From NCBI RefSeq assembly GCF_021028975.2, contig NC_059436.1, positions 46,748,001-46,812,000 of the forward strand: 64,000 nt of DNA, read 5' to 3'. This DNA is from Sphaerodactylus townsendi (Eukaryota). The notes under the pieces are model-generated. The model did not search any database and was not told the origin of the DNA. It worked only from the letters and a program-made list of their open reading frames with translations. Position 1 is the first letter of the stretch. Each line of letters opens with the position of its first letter. Positions 1-11,552 of the stretch are shown here, in pieces. The position numbers and the translations under genes were made by a program.

Positions 1-2001
1 ACCTTATTAGACCATACAGTTGTATACCCCTTTGCTGTTGTCCCAGTGCCCGCATTTCTGTTACCTGGCAAAAGCCTGGTGCTGGTAAGTTTCACATTGC
101 ACAAAGAAACTGAACCTGTGCCCGAGATCCTTTGGCAGTTCTATCAGGTTGACGCTTCCAAATGAGTTATATAATGAGTTACATAACCTGGAGTGGACAG
201 GTTCCTTCCCTTGTGTGCACCTGACAAAAAGGAGCTTTATTGCAGGGGTGGACTTGAATCCACATCTGAAGAGCTCCCTGCAGCTTATTCATTCCAGGGC
301 TTCACAGAGGTCTGCTTCCAGTAGGGTCCAGTGTTTCCTTTGTTCCTTTTTTCTTGGTATTATCTGTGTCAGGGCAACAGTCGGACAGAATAAAGGAGAG
401 CACAAACTCAGGCAATGGTAAACCACCTTGGAATATCTCTTGCCATGAAAACCCTGCAGGGTCACCGTAAGTCAGTTATAACTTGATTGCAACAATGAAA
501 TAAAATAAGGGGAGCACCAGCACATCAATCAGCATGGTGGCTTGCAGAAGAGTTGCTTTGAATCCTAGTGCCAGTGCTGGCAGTGCTGACACCATGCTAG
601 CAATGTGTTTCACAGGAGACTAACCAATGCAAACAGCAAGTTGACAAAACAGCAGCTTCGGTGCAAGTCTCAATTTTTATTTTGGCATTTCACATTGATT
701 TTCTCCCCAGTGAGGACTCCAACCAGCCTACAAAAACACAGTTTGAAAAAGCACAAAAGAAAACAAAGTACAAGGAAAAGTACAATAGTCCCCTTTTTGC
801 AGGACAGCCCCACATTTTTTTAAACAGTTAACAATGCACTTTCTACGTTAGATGTGACCTTGGGGTCAGTACAGTGTGCTCAACTTTCTCTTTTTATTGC
901 TGGGTTTTATATGGCTATGTACTTTTACATTCTACTGTTTATATTGTGCAGCGTAACCTCATGAGCTGGTCTCTTCTGAGCTAAACGGCACCTTGTGAAT
1001 ATCAGGAAGGTGAATGTATGAGGAAGCTTGGTGCATCAGATACACAGGTCGCCAGTTCAACCCCTGACATCTCCAGTTAAAAGGCTACAGGGGAGCCGGC
1101 TTGAGCATGCCCTCCATCTAATACTCTGAACCGTCACTACCAGTCACTTTCAGCAACACTGGGCTGAATAAAGCATTCAAACAATGGCAAAAGGGTCACA
1201 TTAACATGGCTCCAGCCACATATGCAGGAACACAGACAAAAGCACAATAGGAATATTGGAAAGAGTACAGTCCTCATGTAGCCCCGATTCACTCCTCCTC
1301 AGTTGCGCACCAAACATTCCGGGCCGTGTGCCACCATGCTTTTCTTAGCTCTATGGCAACGCCTTCCATAAGCTGGCAAAATGATGAAGTGGCATTCTTC
1401 ATATCTGAGTTACAGAGTACTCAGTGTCTCATTACCAAGGCGTGTTCTGGAAATGAGAACTTGCCAGGAAAAAATTGGGACTATCCATATCTACGCAATC
1501 GCCTTGCAGAATTTCTAAGATACCTGCGGCAAATCTGGCAAGCTGTGCAATCGCTCCAGGGCCTCTTTGCTTGGTATTCAGAATTCAGCTATCTCCTGCA
1601 TTGCCCTGACCCCCAAGTCTTCTACACATGGTAGCAGCAATTCCTTAGCAACTGAAGCAAAGCCAAGCAACTGTGTAGGAACAGAGGAACAGACAGCAGA
1701 GGATGCTAGAATGTACGTTTTCACATCTTGGGCTGCTAAGCTGTATTTTCCAAGAAGCACTTTCAGTGTATGCTTACGCTGATAGAGTAGGGGTAATAAT
1801 TTAATAAAAAGACAGAAAGAATACGAGTAGAAAATCTACTTTATTGCAAAGTCTGAAAAATACAAAATTTGCAACAAAAGTGGGAAAATATCAAGCTGAT
1901 TCAGTATAACAGATCACAAATTCCACACAAGCGCCCAGAGGCAAAGAGGCTTCCAACTGTATGAAGAGGGCATCCTGGGAAGAGTTTGGGCAGATGCCCT
2001 A

Positions 2002-2139
2002 CAGAAGTCCGCAACCTGCGGCTCTCCAGATGTTCATGGACTACAAATCCCATCAGCCCCTGCCAGCATGGCATGCTGGCAGGGTCTGATGGGATTTGTA
2101 GTCCATGAACATCTGGAGAGCTGCAGGTTGCAGACCCTG
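2002..2139. mobile_element. Palindromic hAT MITE (ACTACAnnTCCCA core family)
   Basis: Whole element is a fold-back centred on CCAGCATGGCATGCTGG; right TIR GGTTGCAGACCCTG. Confidence 0.8.
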
Positions 2140-3400
2140 CCTAGAAGCCTGTCCTGTTAAGAAGCAGCAGCAACAACTGAAAGGTGGTGGCTTTGGTCTT
2201 GGCATCAGCCACGGACTGGCCATGGCCAGCCACCTGCTTCCCAGAAAGATCCCTGCAAGAGGATGGGAATAGCAGGAGCCATGGAAGGCCTGTTAGATGG
2301 ATGACGAAGGAACAGCTTCCACAGAGCTGTAACAGAGCAAAACAGGCGAGAGGAAAAGCAGAAGATGCTAGGAACTATCTCCTCCTGGTTCCAGTAGGTG
2401 TTCTGTGGATAAGACTCATCCACAACTTTCAACTACTCACACACGTAAGTAGTACATTATTATAAGGCAAACCATACATACAAAGAAAGACACGTAATAC
2501 TCAAAGGGAAATAAAAGGCTGTGTTTACAAGTGTAAGAGATGAAACTGTAACACAACTGGCAACTCATCTGACACAATCATGAGCTGGTAGTACACAAAA
2601 GTGACATACAAAATAAACTGACATCAAAGTTCTGTGCGACATTAATACAGTTGCCAAATTCTGAACCAAATCAGCAAATATGCGCCAGCCCATGCAGTTT
2701 ATGGTGGGACAGAGCTGGCCATACTTCTTGATATGCATGAGAAGGCAAGAAACGGCAGCTCACATGCAGGAATGTGACAGCTGAGACACACGAGAAGATG
2801 AGTGACAGGAGAGCTTCCCGAGTCTACAAGAGAAGAGATTAAAGTTCAGATGAGGATTTAGGACATGAGCAGATGGAGGAAATGTGATACCAAGGAAGTA
2901 CGAAGGTAAAGCTGCCAGACAGACTCCTACTAGCACAAATTTAGTAAGAGTCAACAGGTTCATGGTAGACAAGGTTACAGACAGCAGAAACACACAATAT
3001 TTTCACAAAAACCACTTTGAGCCACTTTTTAATGTATCATACTTGTTCTTTTTACATTGGCATTTAATCTTTAAAAGAGAAAGCCAACAAATGGTATTAG
3101 TAATTCAAAGGAGTCTTCTGGCTAAAGTAAATATTATTCATATTAATCAACTAAACGGCATTTCAAAGCATTTTAATAAACCACAATCCAAATGCAGGCA
3201 TTTCTTTATACTTTTCCACAAATTCTGCTCTTATCCTAACAGTCTGTTGAACAGCAAATGCATGCACATATTCGAAATGCAATCCCAGTTTTATAGCCTA
3301 ACTGGGTTGCACCTCAAAGGTTAGATGGCAACCAAAGCAAAACACCAGAATGTTTGGCAAAACCTAATTTAAACCAGCATTCCATACTAATTATTTATTT

Positions 3401-3678
3401 TGTCGAAGGCTTTCACAGCCAGAATCACTGGGGTGCTGTGTGGTTTCCGGGCTGTATGGCCGTGTTCTAGCAGCATTCTCTCCCGACGTTTCGCCTGCAT
3501 CTGTGGCTGGCATCTTCAGAGGATCTGATGGTTGCCAGTTGCCAGTTGTGTTACAGTTTCATCTCTTACACTTCCTACCATCAGATCCTCTGAAGATGCC
3601 AGCCACAGATGCAGGCGAAACGTCAGGAGAGAATGCTGCTAGAACACGGCCATACAGCCCGGAAACCACACAGCACCC
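3401..3678. mobile_element. Penelope-like element remnant: inverted arm pair, each arm with a minimal hammerhead motif (subfamily A)
   Basis: Arms ~3431-3531 and ~3577-3678 are reverse complements. Flanked by direct repeat CTAATTATTTATTT (3387-3400 / 3678-3691). Confidence 0.8.
3586..3628 (+). ncRNA. Minimal type I hammerhead ribozyme motif (mirror copy on - strand at 3481-3523)
   Basis: TCCT-CTGAAGA-T-GCC...GGC-GAAA-CG-TC-AGGA: core CUGANGA/GAAA, stem II GCC/GGC, palindromic ACGU stem III, GUC cleavage triplet (after 3624), stem I TCCT/AGGA. Confidence 0.75.
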
Positions 3679-4314
3679 TAATTATTTATTTGTTCTAAAT
3701 CAGAAACATGTCACTTCTACCATCCCACAACAATGAAAAGTATTTTTTAAAAAAGTTTAGAACAGAAACAGTAAAAATTGCCATCCAAGTCTTGCTTTCC
3801 TTGCGGCCTTCCCCCAGCAGAACCTGGAGTTGTTCCTTTTTTCATCTCCCCGACCAACCTAGAGACCTTTTTACCATTTCTTTCTCTGGAAGGCTCTGGC
3901 TCTCTCTTCATTCTTTCACTTCTCCTCTCCATCTTCAGATTTTTTCCTTTTTTGTCCCTTCCCCTTTCAGTTTTGCTTCCCTTCTATTTTCTCCCTTCTA
4001 AAGCCCCCCCCCCCCCACACACACAAAATTAGACTTGAAATGCTATGCAACGTTGGTTGCTGGTTGCCTAGCAAATCCAAAATTTCACTATGTCATCTGA
4101 CTATGATCTAAGCAGCACTTCTGTTCTAGAAGGAACAGCGCTGCTAATCACTAATGCATTTTTTAAATGTTATATGTGTTTCTGCAAAACTGCCCAGTTT
4201 GTAGAATACCTAGTGTCGGTCAGTGACTTTATAGTGTGTATTTTCAAGCCTCACTCTACCACTCAGTTTAGAATTAGATACTGATATGTAAATATCAGTA
4301 TGTCTTTGTCAATA

Positions 4315-4510
4315 GGAGCCCGATGGTACAGGGTGGTCAATTGCAGTAAAGCAGTCAAAGCTCTGCTTGCAGCCTGAGTTCAGACCCTACAGAAGTCAGG
4401 TTCAGGTAGTCAGCTCAAGGCTGACTCAGTCTTCCGTCCTCTTAAGATTGTTAAAATGAGCACCCAGTTTGCTGAGAATAATGGGGCAAGGCAATGGCAA
4501 ACCACCCCGT
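4315..4510 (+). mobile_element. tRNA-derived SINE with a GCTCAAGGYTGACTCAG...TAAAATGAGYACCCAG central domain (Meta-domain/Squam2-like)
   Basis: Recognisable decayed central domain and tRNA-like head. Confidence 0.55.
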
Positions 4511-6609
4511 AAATATTTTTACTTTATGTCAATATAATATATGCACAAAGGTAGGATTTCAATAATTAAAGTTAACCATGTAAGGAAAATAGTATTCAAG
4601 AACGGGCTCAAAGTGTTCCAAATAAATATAAACTGTGCAACTACAGTTCCCATCAGATCACAAATATGAATCTTCTAATCTACATTAAGGGGGGAAACGA
4701 CATCTGAGGCAGTCAAACTACTTTGACAGAGAAATATTTTAGTAGAAAATGCCAAATGATGTAACTCTCATCTGGCAAGAATGGCATATCAGACTTGATT
4801 GTAATTTTCACAGGAAAACAGACATGTTACATACTCCTCACCAAAAAAAGACCTATGCTATAAATGATACACTTCCCACAGAAACTGCTTAACCATTCCT
4901 TACACCAGTACCAATCAAGTCTATTACACCAGTTTCTCTGCAGAAAACATGAACTATGTTCTTGTGCAGCACTTGTTTCATCCATGTCAACTTCCAGCCA
5001 CACCACCTCACAGAGAGGGGATAATGCCCACCTACTGTCTCAAAGAGGATTCATCCTTACACTGGCTTTTGGCAAGCCTCCACAGAGCTGTAAACAAGGA
5101 ATGTTGGAAGCTGATAGCAACATAAGAACATAAGAACATAAGAACATTTGCCATTGCCATGGACTGACACACCTAAACACCTTATGAAGTGATCATGTGA
5201 GTCTTCTGCAGACAAACAGAAATGCTAAATGGACTACGTGACTCAAGAGATTGGAAATGGGAGACAGGGAAAGGACCAAGCAAGTTTCGGTCCTGCCTCC
5301 TAATCAATGTAGATAGCGATGTCAAATACAGGAAATAATTGAGGAGTACACTGGAATTTAATATTCTGCTAGTCTAGACAACAACGAAACAGAAAAGAAA
5401 TGGGTAACTGAAGATACCCGGACAACTAATACAACTCTCTCTTTACTGGAAAAAAAACAGGTTGCAAAGAGAGTCATCTGCCATGAGTACTGTCTCCGTT
5501 GAACTCCACTAACTCACACTACAGCAATCTTGACAACACATTTTGCTCTGAAGTTCTGGAGAAAAGAAATTTAGCTATTCCTTTGAAGAAATCTCCTATA
5601 CATTCAGAGACACAAAAGGAAAGCAGCACAGATAGTCCCATCCAGACAGATAGTCACATCCAGACACTGACCACATCCAGACATTGACTTTGCTTCAGCA
5701 AGGTGACTACATCTCATGCCTTCCAACCATATCCCGGGAGTCACATAAAATTTGGTTACAACTGTTTGCTCCTTTAAGTCTCACAGGAAATTCAACAAAA
5801 CTTTCTCCCAAGAAGGCTCACCTAGAGTGCCTGTACCTAGATTCACATTGAATCCCTTGAGACTTACACCCCAGTAAACTAGGCTCTCTCGGCCAGCTTA
5901 CCTTAAAAGTAAACCATATCAAAATCAAGAAGAATTTCATTTCCCAAGGAAGAAGCCTAATAATTCCAGGGCCGATTTGTCAATATCACGCATTCCAATA
6001 TTATCTTTCTCCCTAATTTGATAAGTTTCCAATACAATCATAAATCATCCAGTCATGATCACCCGCATCTTCAGCCAAGACACAGATTGACAGTCAGGAT
6101 GAGAACTGGACTTAAGACTCACATGTTTCGTTTTAAAGAACCAGCGATCAGTAACTTGGATCCATATCCCTGCCTGGATCAGGAACTCTCTGTGGATAGT
6201 CTTAAATCAGGCTTTGCGTCCGATCACACACTTACAGGGCAAGCGTTGCCTGCTCATTTCCATCCAAACTGCTCGACTGATGCTTAAAAGCAAGAACAGA
6301 CCCTTAAAACGACAATCAGTTTTATATGTAGTCCATTGCACATTCACCCCTGACTGGGTCTTGGAATAATGGCCAAATTTTCTAGAACACCCAGTGCCTG
6401 GACAAGGGGGTTAGTGATCAATTAAATGAGCTTGCAGGTTAGTCAGTTAGGAGGCAAAGAAGTGACTGCAGCTTAGTCAAGATGTTTTCTGTATTGCATC
6501 TTTGTATTAGTAAGTTGGGAGGCGTATTAGGAGAGAGCAGCTAACATTCTGTCTGAGGGAACCAATATGTCGCCATCAGGGAAGTTTTATGCTGAATGCG
6601 TTAACTAAA

Positions 6610-6757
6610 TTGTTGAAGGCTTTCACAGTCGATTCAACTGGTTGTGGTGGGTTTTCTGGGCTGTGTGGCCGTGGTCTGGTAGATCCTGTTCCTAACGTTT
6701 ACCTGCATCTGTGGCTGCCATCTTCAGAGGTGCATCACAGAGAGAAGTCTGTTACAC
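6610..6757 (-). mobile_element. Penelope-like single arm (subfamily B), degenerate hammerhead
   Basis: Same TTGTNGAAGGCTTTCAC tail and GCATCTTCAGAGG-type end as the other copies; GAAA box mutated. Confidence 0.7.
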
Positions 6758-6789
6758 TTGTCAAAACTTGTACTGATTCATTCTAATTA

Positions 6790-7324
6790 TGTCTGTTAGT
6801 CTTAGATCACGATCCTTAAAGCAATAAAGCTGCTGTAGATCGCTGATCAGTAGTATTTATTGAAAAGGTAACACAGGACCCAGCTTGCAAAAAGCCAGTT
6901 TGTCCAGACCTGGGTTTTGCACTCCTCTTTATTACACACAAATTCTCCCTTCCCATTTTCCCAAAGAATGTGAGAAAGAGTTACATGGGAGTCTGGAAGG
7001 TCCCAATGTCAGCGACAGACAGAGATAATGCCATTTGACCATCTGCCCCCACAGAGCAACGGAAATACGCTTCCCATGGGAGTAGAAGGTGTCATGGACA
7101 AGCCTTGTTTGTCTATCAGACCTGTGAAAGAATGAAAGTTACGAACAAAACAATAACGTTCCATGAACAGAGTGGTTACATTTAGCAGGCCAAATACCTA
7201 TACCTCCAAGCAGTTACATTGACAGGACTGCACCTCAATCACCCAGATACAATCACAGTCTACATTTATATGGGCTCGCCCTATAATCAGGAACGCATCC
7301 CAATCATTAGGTGCATCCCTGACA
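6790..7324 (-). mobile_element. Candidate solo LTR (Gypsy/ERV) in SLC25A25 intron 1
   Basis: TGTC...GACA inverted termini, flanks ATTA/GTTA, minus-strand AATAAA near the left end, 535 bp. Confidence 0.5.
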
Positions 7325-7572
7325 GTTAACCACCCTGAGCTTGGGGTATTAAAATCGAATTAAAAAAATAAAAATAAATCTAAATTTTAAAAATAAAAAA
7401 AAATCTACCCTTTTTGCGAGAAGCTTAAATAGAGCTCCCCTGAGTCTTTTACCGACACAACAACCCTGCGAGGTGGGCAGGCCTGAGGGACTGAGTTTCT
7501 GGGCTACGTATTTTGTAAAACTCTATCTCAGCACTCCTCCGTCCGGCCGCCCTTGTACCCCGTTGGACTCAC

Positions 7573-7839
7573 CCGCAAGTCCCTCTCGGAGCGGTGGAGG
7601 CCCAGCCGGCCCAGCCCCACGGCCAAGTCGTTGACGCAAAGGGCGCCGTCGCGGTTCACGTCGAGCAGGAGGAAGAGGCTGTGGAGGCGCCGCTCGTGCT
7701 CGCAGGTGGAAGAGGCGGCCGCCTCGCTCGCCGGCAGCGGCCCGGCGGATGGGGCCGCGACGGCATCCCCCCCGCAGCACTGACAGAGCACGCCGCTCAC
7801 CACCGGGGAAGCCAGAGACCGCCGCGCGCCGACCGGCAT
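7573..7839 (-). CDS. SLC25A25: SLC25A25 (SCaMC-2, Ca-binding mitochondrial ATP-Mg/Pi carrier), first coding exon of the long EF-hand isoform; downstream exons are outside the window
   Basis: 89 codons, MPVGARRSLASPVVSGVLCQCC...RLHSLFLLLDVNRDGALCVNDLAVGLGRLGLHRSERDLR. This matches the recalled human exon 1 (MVSSVLCRC...LFQTLDVNRDGGLCVNDLAVGLRRLGLHRTEGELQ). EF-hand loop DVNRDGALCVND; ATG in gccATG context; phase-0 GTGAGT donor at 7572; head-to-head with NAIF1 as in mammals. Confidence 0.93.
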
Positions 7840-8760
7840 GGCCGCCTCACGAAGCCACTCGCCGGTCAATGAGGCGCTCTGCCCACAGAAGGAGCCGGCC
7901 GGTTCCCTGATGCGCAACGCCCGCCCACCCGGGTTGCCCGCGCCGCTACCGGATTGGTCTCATCAGCGCACGCTCGCCTCAGCCAAGTCACCCATAGGCC
8001 AAACCCTCGCACGTGGCTCGCGTCCAATCAGAAGGCGGGAGGTGTGGGCCTGACGCTAAACGGGGCCTTGTCTAGACAAGATGGGAGGATTGGAGGAAAA
8101 AAGAGTGACGATGCATCGTGCGCGTGACTCTTGTCTTTCCGCCCACGCCGCATCAACGGGCGGGACTTTGATGTTTTACGCCATGACGTAAAAGCGCCAA
8201 TGAGAGCAAGGCAAAGCAGATACTGTGAACTGATTGGTGTTTGTCAAAGGAAAGGTTTTCTATTGGTTGGTGAATCGGCAACGTAGAAAACTGACAGCGC
8301 AAGCCAAAACTGGTCGGGAGGCGGGACTTTAAAAAAAAGGTTAGATGGGCGGGAGTTAGGAGTTTGAAGCGTGACAGACAAGCTCAGCAGCCAATGAGGG
8401 CCAGAACACTTCACAAGGCAGGCGGCAAGAGAGACAAAGGGCGGGGCCGACTAGCACCAACCCTCCAAGGTGCGCGACGTCGTATGTCTAGCTAAGGAAC
8501 CAATAGCCGCGCAGTAGGGAAAGGGCGGACCCTAGATTCCTGATAGGCAGGAACGTGGCCCAATTAGGGGAGAGAAGCGAGAAACGCTGATTCTAGAAGC
8601 CATTACGCCACTGCCGCAAGCCAGAGACGCTCTTTGGTGCGGGTTCCGCCGGGTGGCCGCGGTACGCAATTTGCGTAACTGGATCTCTCTTAAGGGGAGG
8701 GAGAGGGAGGAGGCGGGCCCCTGAAAGATCCCTTAGGGGCCCCCCAGAGGCCCTGTGGGG
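7840..8760. promoter_or_regulatory. Bidirectional CpG-island promoter shared by SLC25A25 (-) and NAIF1 (+)
   Basis: CpG-rich. CCAAT/ATTGG at 7953, 8024, 8089, 8197, 8233, 8262, 8391, 8500 and 8560; several GC boxes (GGGCGG/GGCGGG); CRE-like TGACG half-sites; lies between two divergent genes. Confidence 0.85.
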
Positions 8761-9925
8761 GCCAAGGCCACTGAGGGATGCTTGTGTCCCGCGGGGAGAC
8801 CTTCCTGGTGGGCCTCAAGGCTTTGGGCCTGGTCTGGATTTCTGACAGCTTCTCAGCTAGGCCATCTTAGGCCCTCCGTAACTCTTCCTCACGCTCCTGT
8901 GAATCCCCTGCTCAGTTTCTTTTCCATTTTTACGAGGCCTCTCTCAACAGCGTCTTTCCAAGCCTCCCTCCTCCCCAATTACAAACCACATTGAATTATC
9001 TCTGCTCTCTCCTGTGTGGGCCCTTCCTCTTCTATTTACCTTGTCTGGGCCCTTCATTTGCCTCATAATTTTCACCTTTCTTCATCGCCCCCATGGATTG
9101 AGCCCTTTTTATGTCCAAGAGCCCCCCTCCTCCCCCAATATCCCTCTCTATGGCTTCTCTTTTCTGCCCCAGGACCCTCCCCTCCTAAATTACCCTTTTG
9201 AAAGCATTAACCCGTTTACCTGCCTCGCATCACGATTTTGGGCTAGTTTACATGGAAATGAGCCCCACTGAGTTAAACAGAGGTTATTCCCAAGGATATG
9301 TGCACAGAGTTGGTCTCCTGTGCACGTCAGCCCTTTTGTGTGTCCTGTATTTGCATGGCACATCTTTCTTGCTCACCCATTCACCTTATACACTTCATAT
9401 TCACCTTTTATGCCCCTGCCAAGAGTTACCGAGTGCCCCCTCATTCTGTATGTCTCCCTGGGTTTTGTGCCCCCATCTCCCTATTTCCCTTTATTTCCTA
9501 CATTTCATCTCTCGCCACCCCAGCCAACTACAAAACTTTCACGAAGTAGCCATGTTAAACTTTACACCTGGTCCCTGCTTGCCATCAGCTGAGATATTTG
9601 CCTTTGATCAAATTAGCCTGTGTATTATGTGCTTTCAGTCTGCCACTTGGACCTTACAGACATGTCAAGGTTTCTTTTTCCTATTTTTTACCATGACCCT
9701 GTTGAACTTAAATCTTGTTGTTGTTGCCCCCCATAAAGGGTTCCTGCCTCGGTCCAACGGGCTTAACTTCATCTCCCATCCTTTTCCAGCATTTTTCAGC
9801 TTGCTCTGTTCCATTGCTGCTTGGTTCCTATTTGGTTCCCTACTGTTTCCCCAGGCTTCGTCATCCTGGCCTGTCCCTGGACGTGACCTTGAGCTCAGAA
9901 CTTCCCAGCTTGCCTTGGGCATCCC

Positions 9926-10433
9926 ATGGCAATGTCCTCCCCCCCAGCACCACCGGCTAAAAAGCGGAAGATGAACTTCTCCGAGCGGGAGGTGGAGATC
10001 ATTGTTGAGGAACTAGAGCGGAGCAAGCACCTGCTCATCAATCACTTCAACGCAGGTGTGTCCCTGGCAGCCAAGGCGACTGCCTGGCACAACATCCTAC
10101 GCCGCGTGAACGCCGTGGCCACCTGCCACCGGGAGCTGCACGAGGTCAAGAAGAAGTGGTCAGACCTCAAGACGGAAGTGCGCCGTAAGGTGGCCCAGGT
10201 CCGAGTAGCGATGGAAGGTGGCGATGTCCATGATGGCACTGGAGAGGGCCAGGATGCGGAGGAGCCAACTGGCGCCACCACTGCTCCAGTTATCCTCACC
10301 CCCATGCAGCAGCGTATTTGTAATCTGCTAGGAGAAGCCACCATTATAAGCCTGCCTGCTGGAGACTGCACTGCTGCAGACGGGTCTGAACTCCCAATCA
10401 CAGCCGCAGCCACAACTGTCACTCTTACCCAGA
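9926..10433 (+). CDS. NAIF1: NAIF1 (nuclear apoptosis-inducing factor 1) coding exon 1, with NLS and Myb/SANT-like trihelix domain
   Basis: [22 protein letters not shown]...[40 protein letters not shown]...[21 protein letters not shown]...TVTLTQ is nearly identical to recalled human NAIF1. Phase-1 donor A|GTAAGT at 10434. Confidence 0.97.
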
Positions 10434-11255
10434 GTAAGTGAGTCGTTTATACAGCCACAGCACTTCTGGCTAGTTCAGAAGGGTTTGGCTTGAGGGGGAT
10501 AAATCGCTTGGTGTCAATTCTGTGTATGTTGCCAGCAAAATGAGCAAGGGTGGTGTTTTTATCTGAGACTAATACAGATCACAGGAAGTCTTGTGACTGC
10601 CCAGATGGGTAGATTTACTGTGACGTAAGCACAGGCTGGCAAATACTTTTGTCAAACACACAAAAGAGTTGTGTACATTTGAGAACGTAAGCTCAGAGCC
10701 CATGAAAACTGATAAATCTGTAAGTGCCTCAAGACTTTCTGTTGGTTTTGTGGCCACAGGCATGCACACCTGCCCTCCTGCCATTTATCTGACAGCAGTA
10801 AAGGAGAGATTTCTGCTTGCTTTATTTTTATCCTGCTTTTGCAAAAGTTGATATCTTTAACATGAATTATGTTTATAATATAAAGAAATATGAGTAACTT
10901 CTCAGAAACGAGATAGGATCTGTGTTTTCTGAGAACAGGAAGTTGGGTGGTAAGGAATCTCCTGGCTCTGCACGAAATGTTCTTCAGGAAATTCTGGAGG
11001 GCAAGTTCAGTCATGTTTGAGAATTTATGATCACTGATTCTGGAACCAGGAAACTTTTTTGCCATATTCTGGTGGCCGGCCTGGATGTGGCCAGCTTTCT
11101 TAATTAATTAATATTCCTCACACTTATCTGCGGCGGCCCTCTATGTGGTCTGCGTGAGTTGTGGGTATCTGGCCCTGCTATTGTCTGTTTGCTTGGCAAC
11201 TCTACACACCTAACAGATATGCATGGTACACTGGCTGGCCAACAATCACAGTAAG

Positions 11256-11552
11256 GAGCAGCAGTGGCGTAGGAGGTTAAGAGCTCGTGTATCTAATCTG
11301 GAGGAACCGGGTTTGATCCCCAGCTCTGCCGCCTGAGCTGTGGAGGCTTATCTGGGGAATTCAGATTAGCCTGTGCACTCCCACACACGCCAGCTGGGTG
11401 ACCTTGGGCTAGTCACAGCTTCTCGGAGCTCTCTCAGCCCCACCTACCTCACAGGGTGTTTGTTGGGGGGGGGGGGAAGGGCAAGGAGATTGTCAGCCCC
11501 TTTGAGTCTCCTGCAGGAGAGAAAGGGGGGATATAAATCCAAACTCTTCTTC
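11256..11552 (+). mobile_element. tRNA/CORE-type squamate SINE (Squam3-like) in the NAIF1 intron
   Basis: A box TGGCGTAGGAGG, B-box-like GGTTTGATCCC, CORE-like GCTGGGTGACCTTGGGCTAGTCAC, (TTC)n tail; seven similar copies in the window. Confidence 0.8.

Noticed and set aside
1-7500. Alternative first exons of SLC25A25
   Set aside because: No minus-strand ORF resembling the recalled alternative N-termini.
9198-9974. 258-aa ORF upstream of and overlapping the NAIF1 start
   Set aside because: TTG start, Leu/Phe/Pro/Ser-rich translation of a pyrimidine-rich, probably intronic region, and no recognisable domain.
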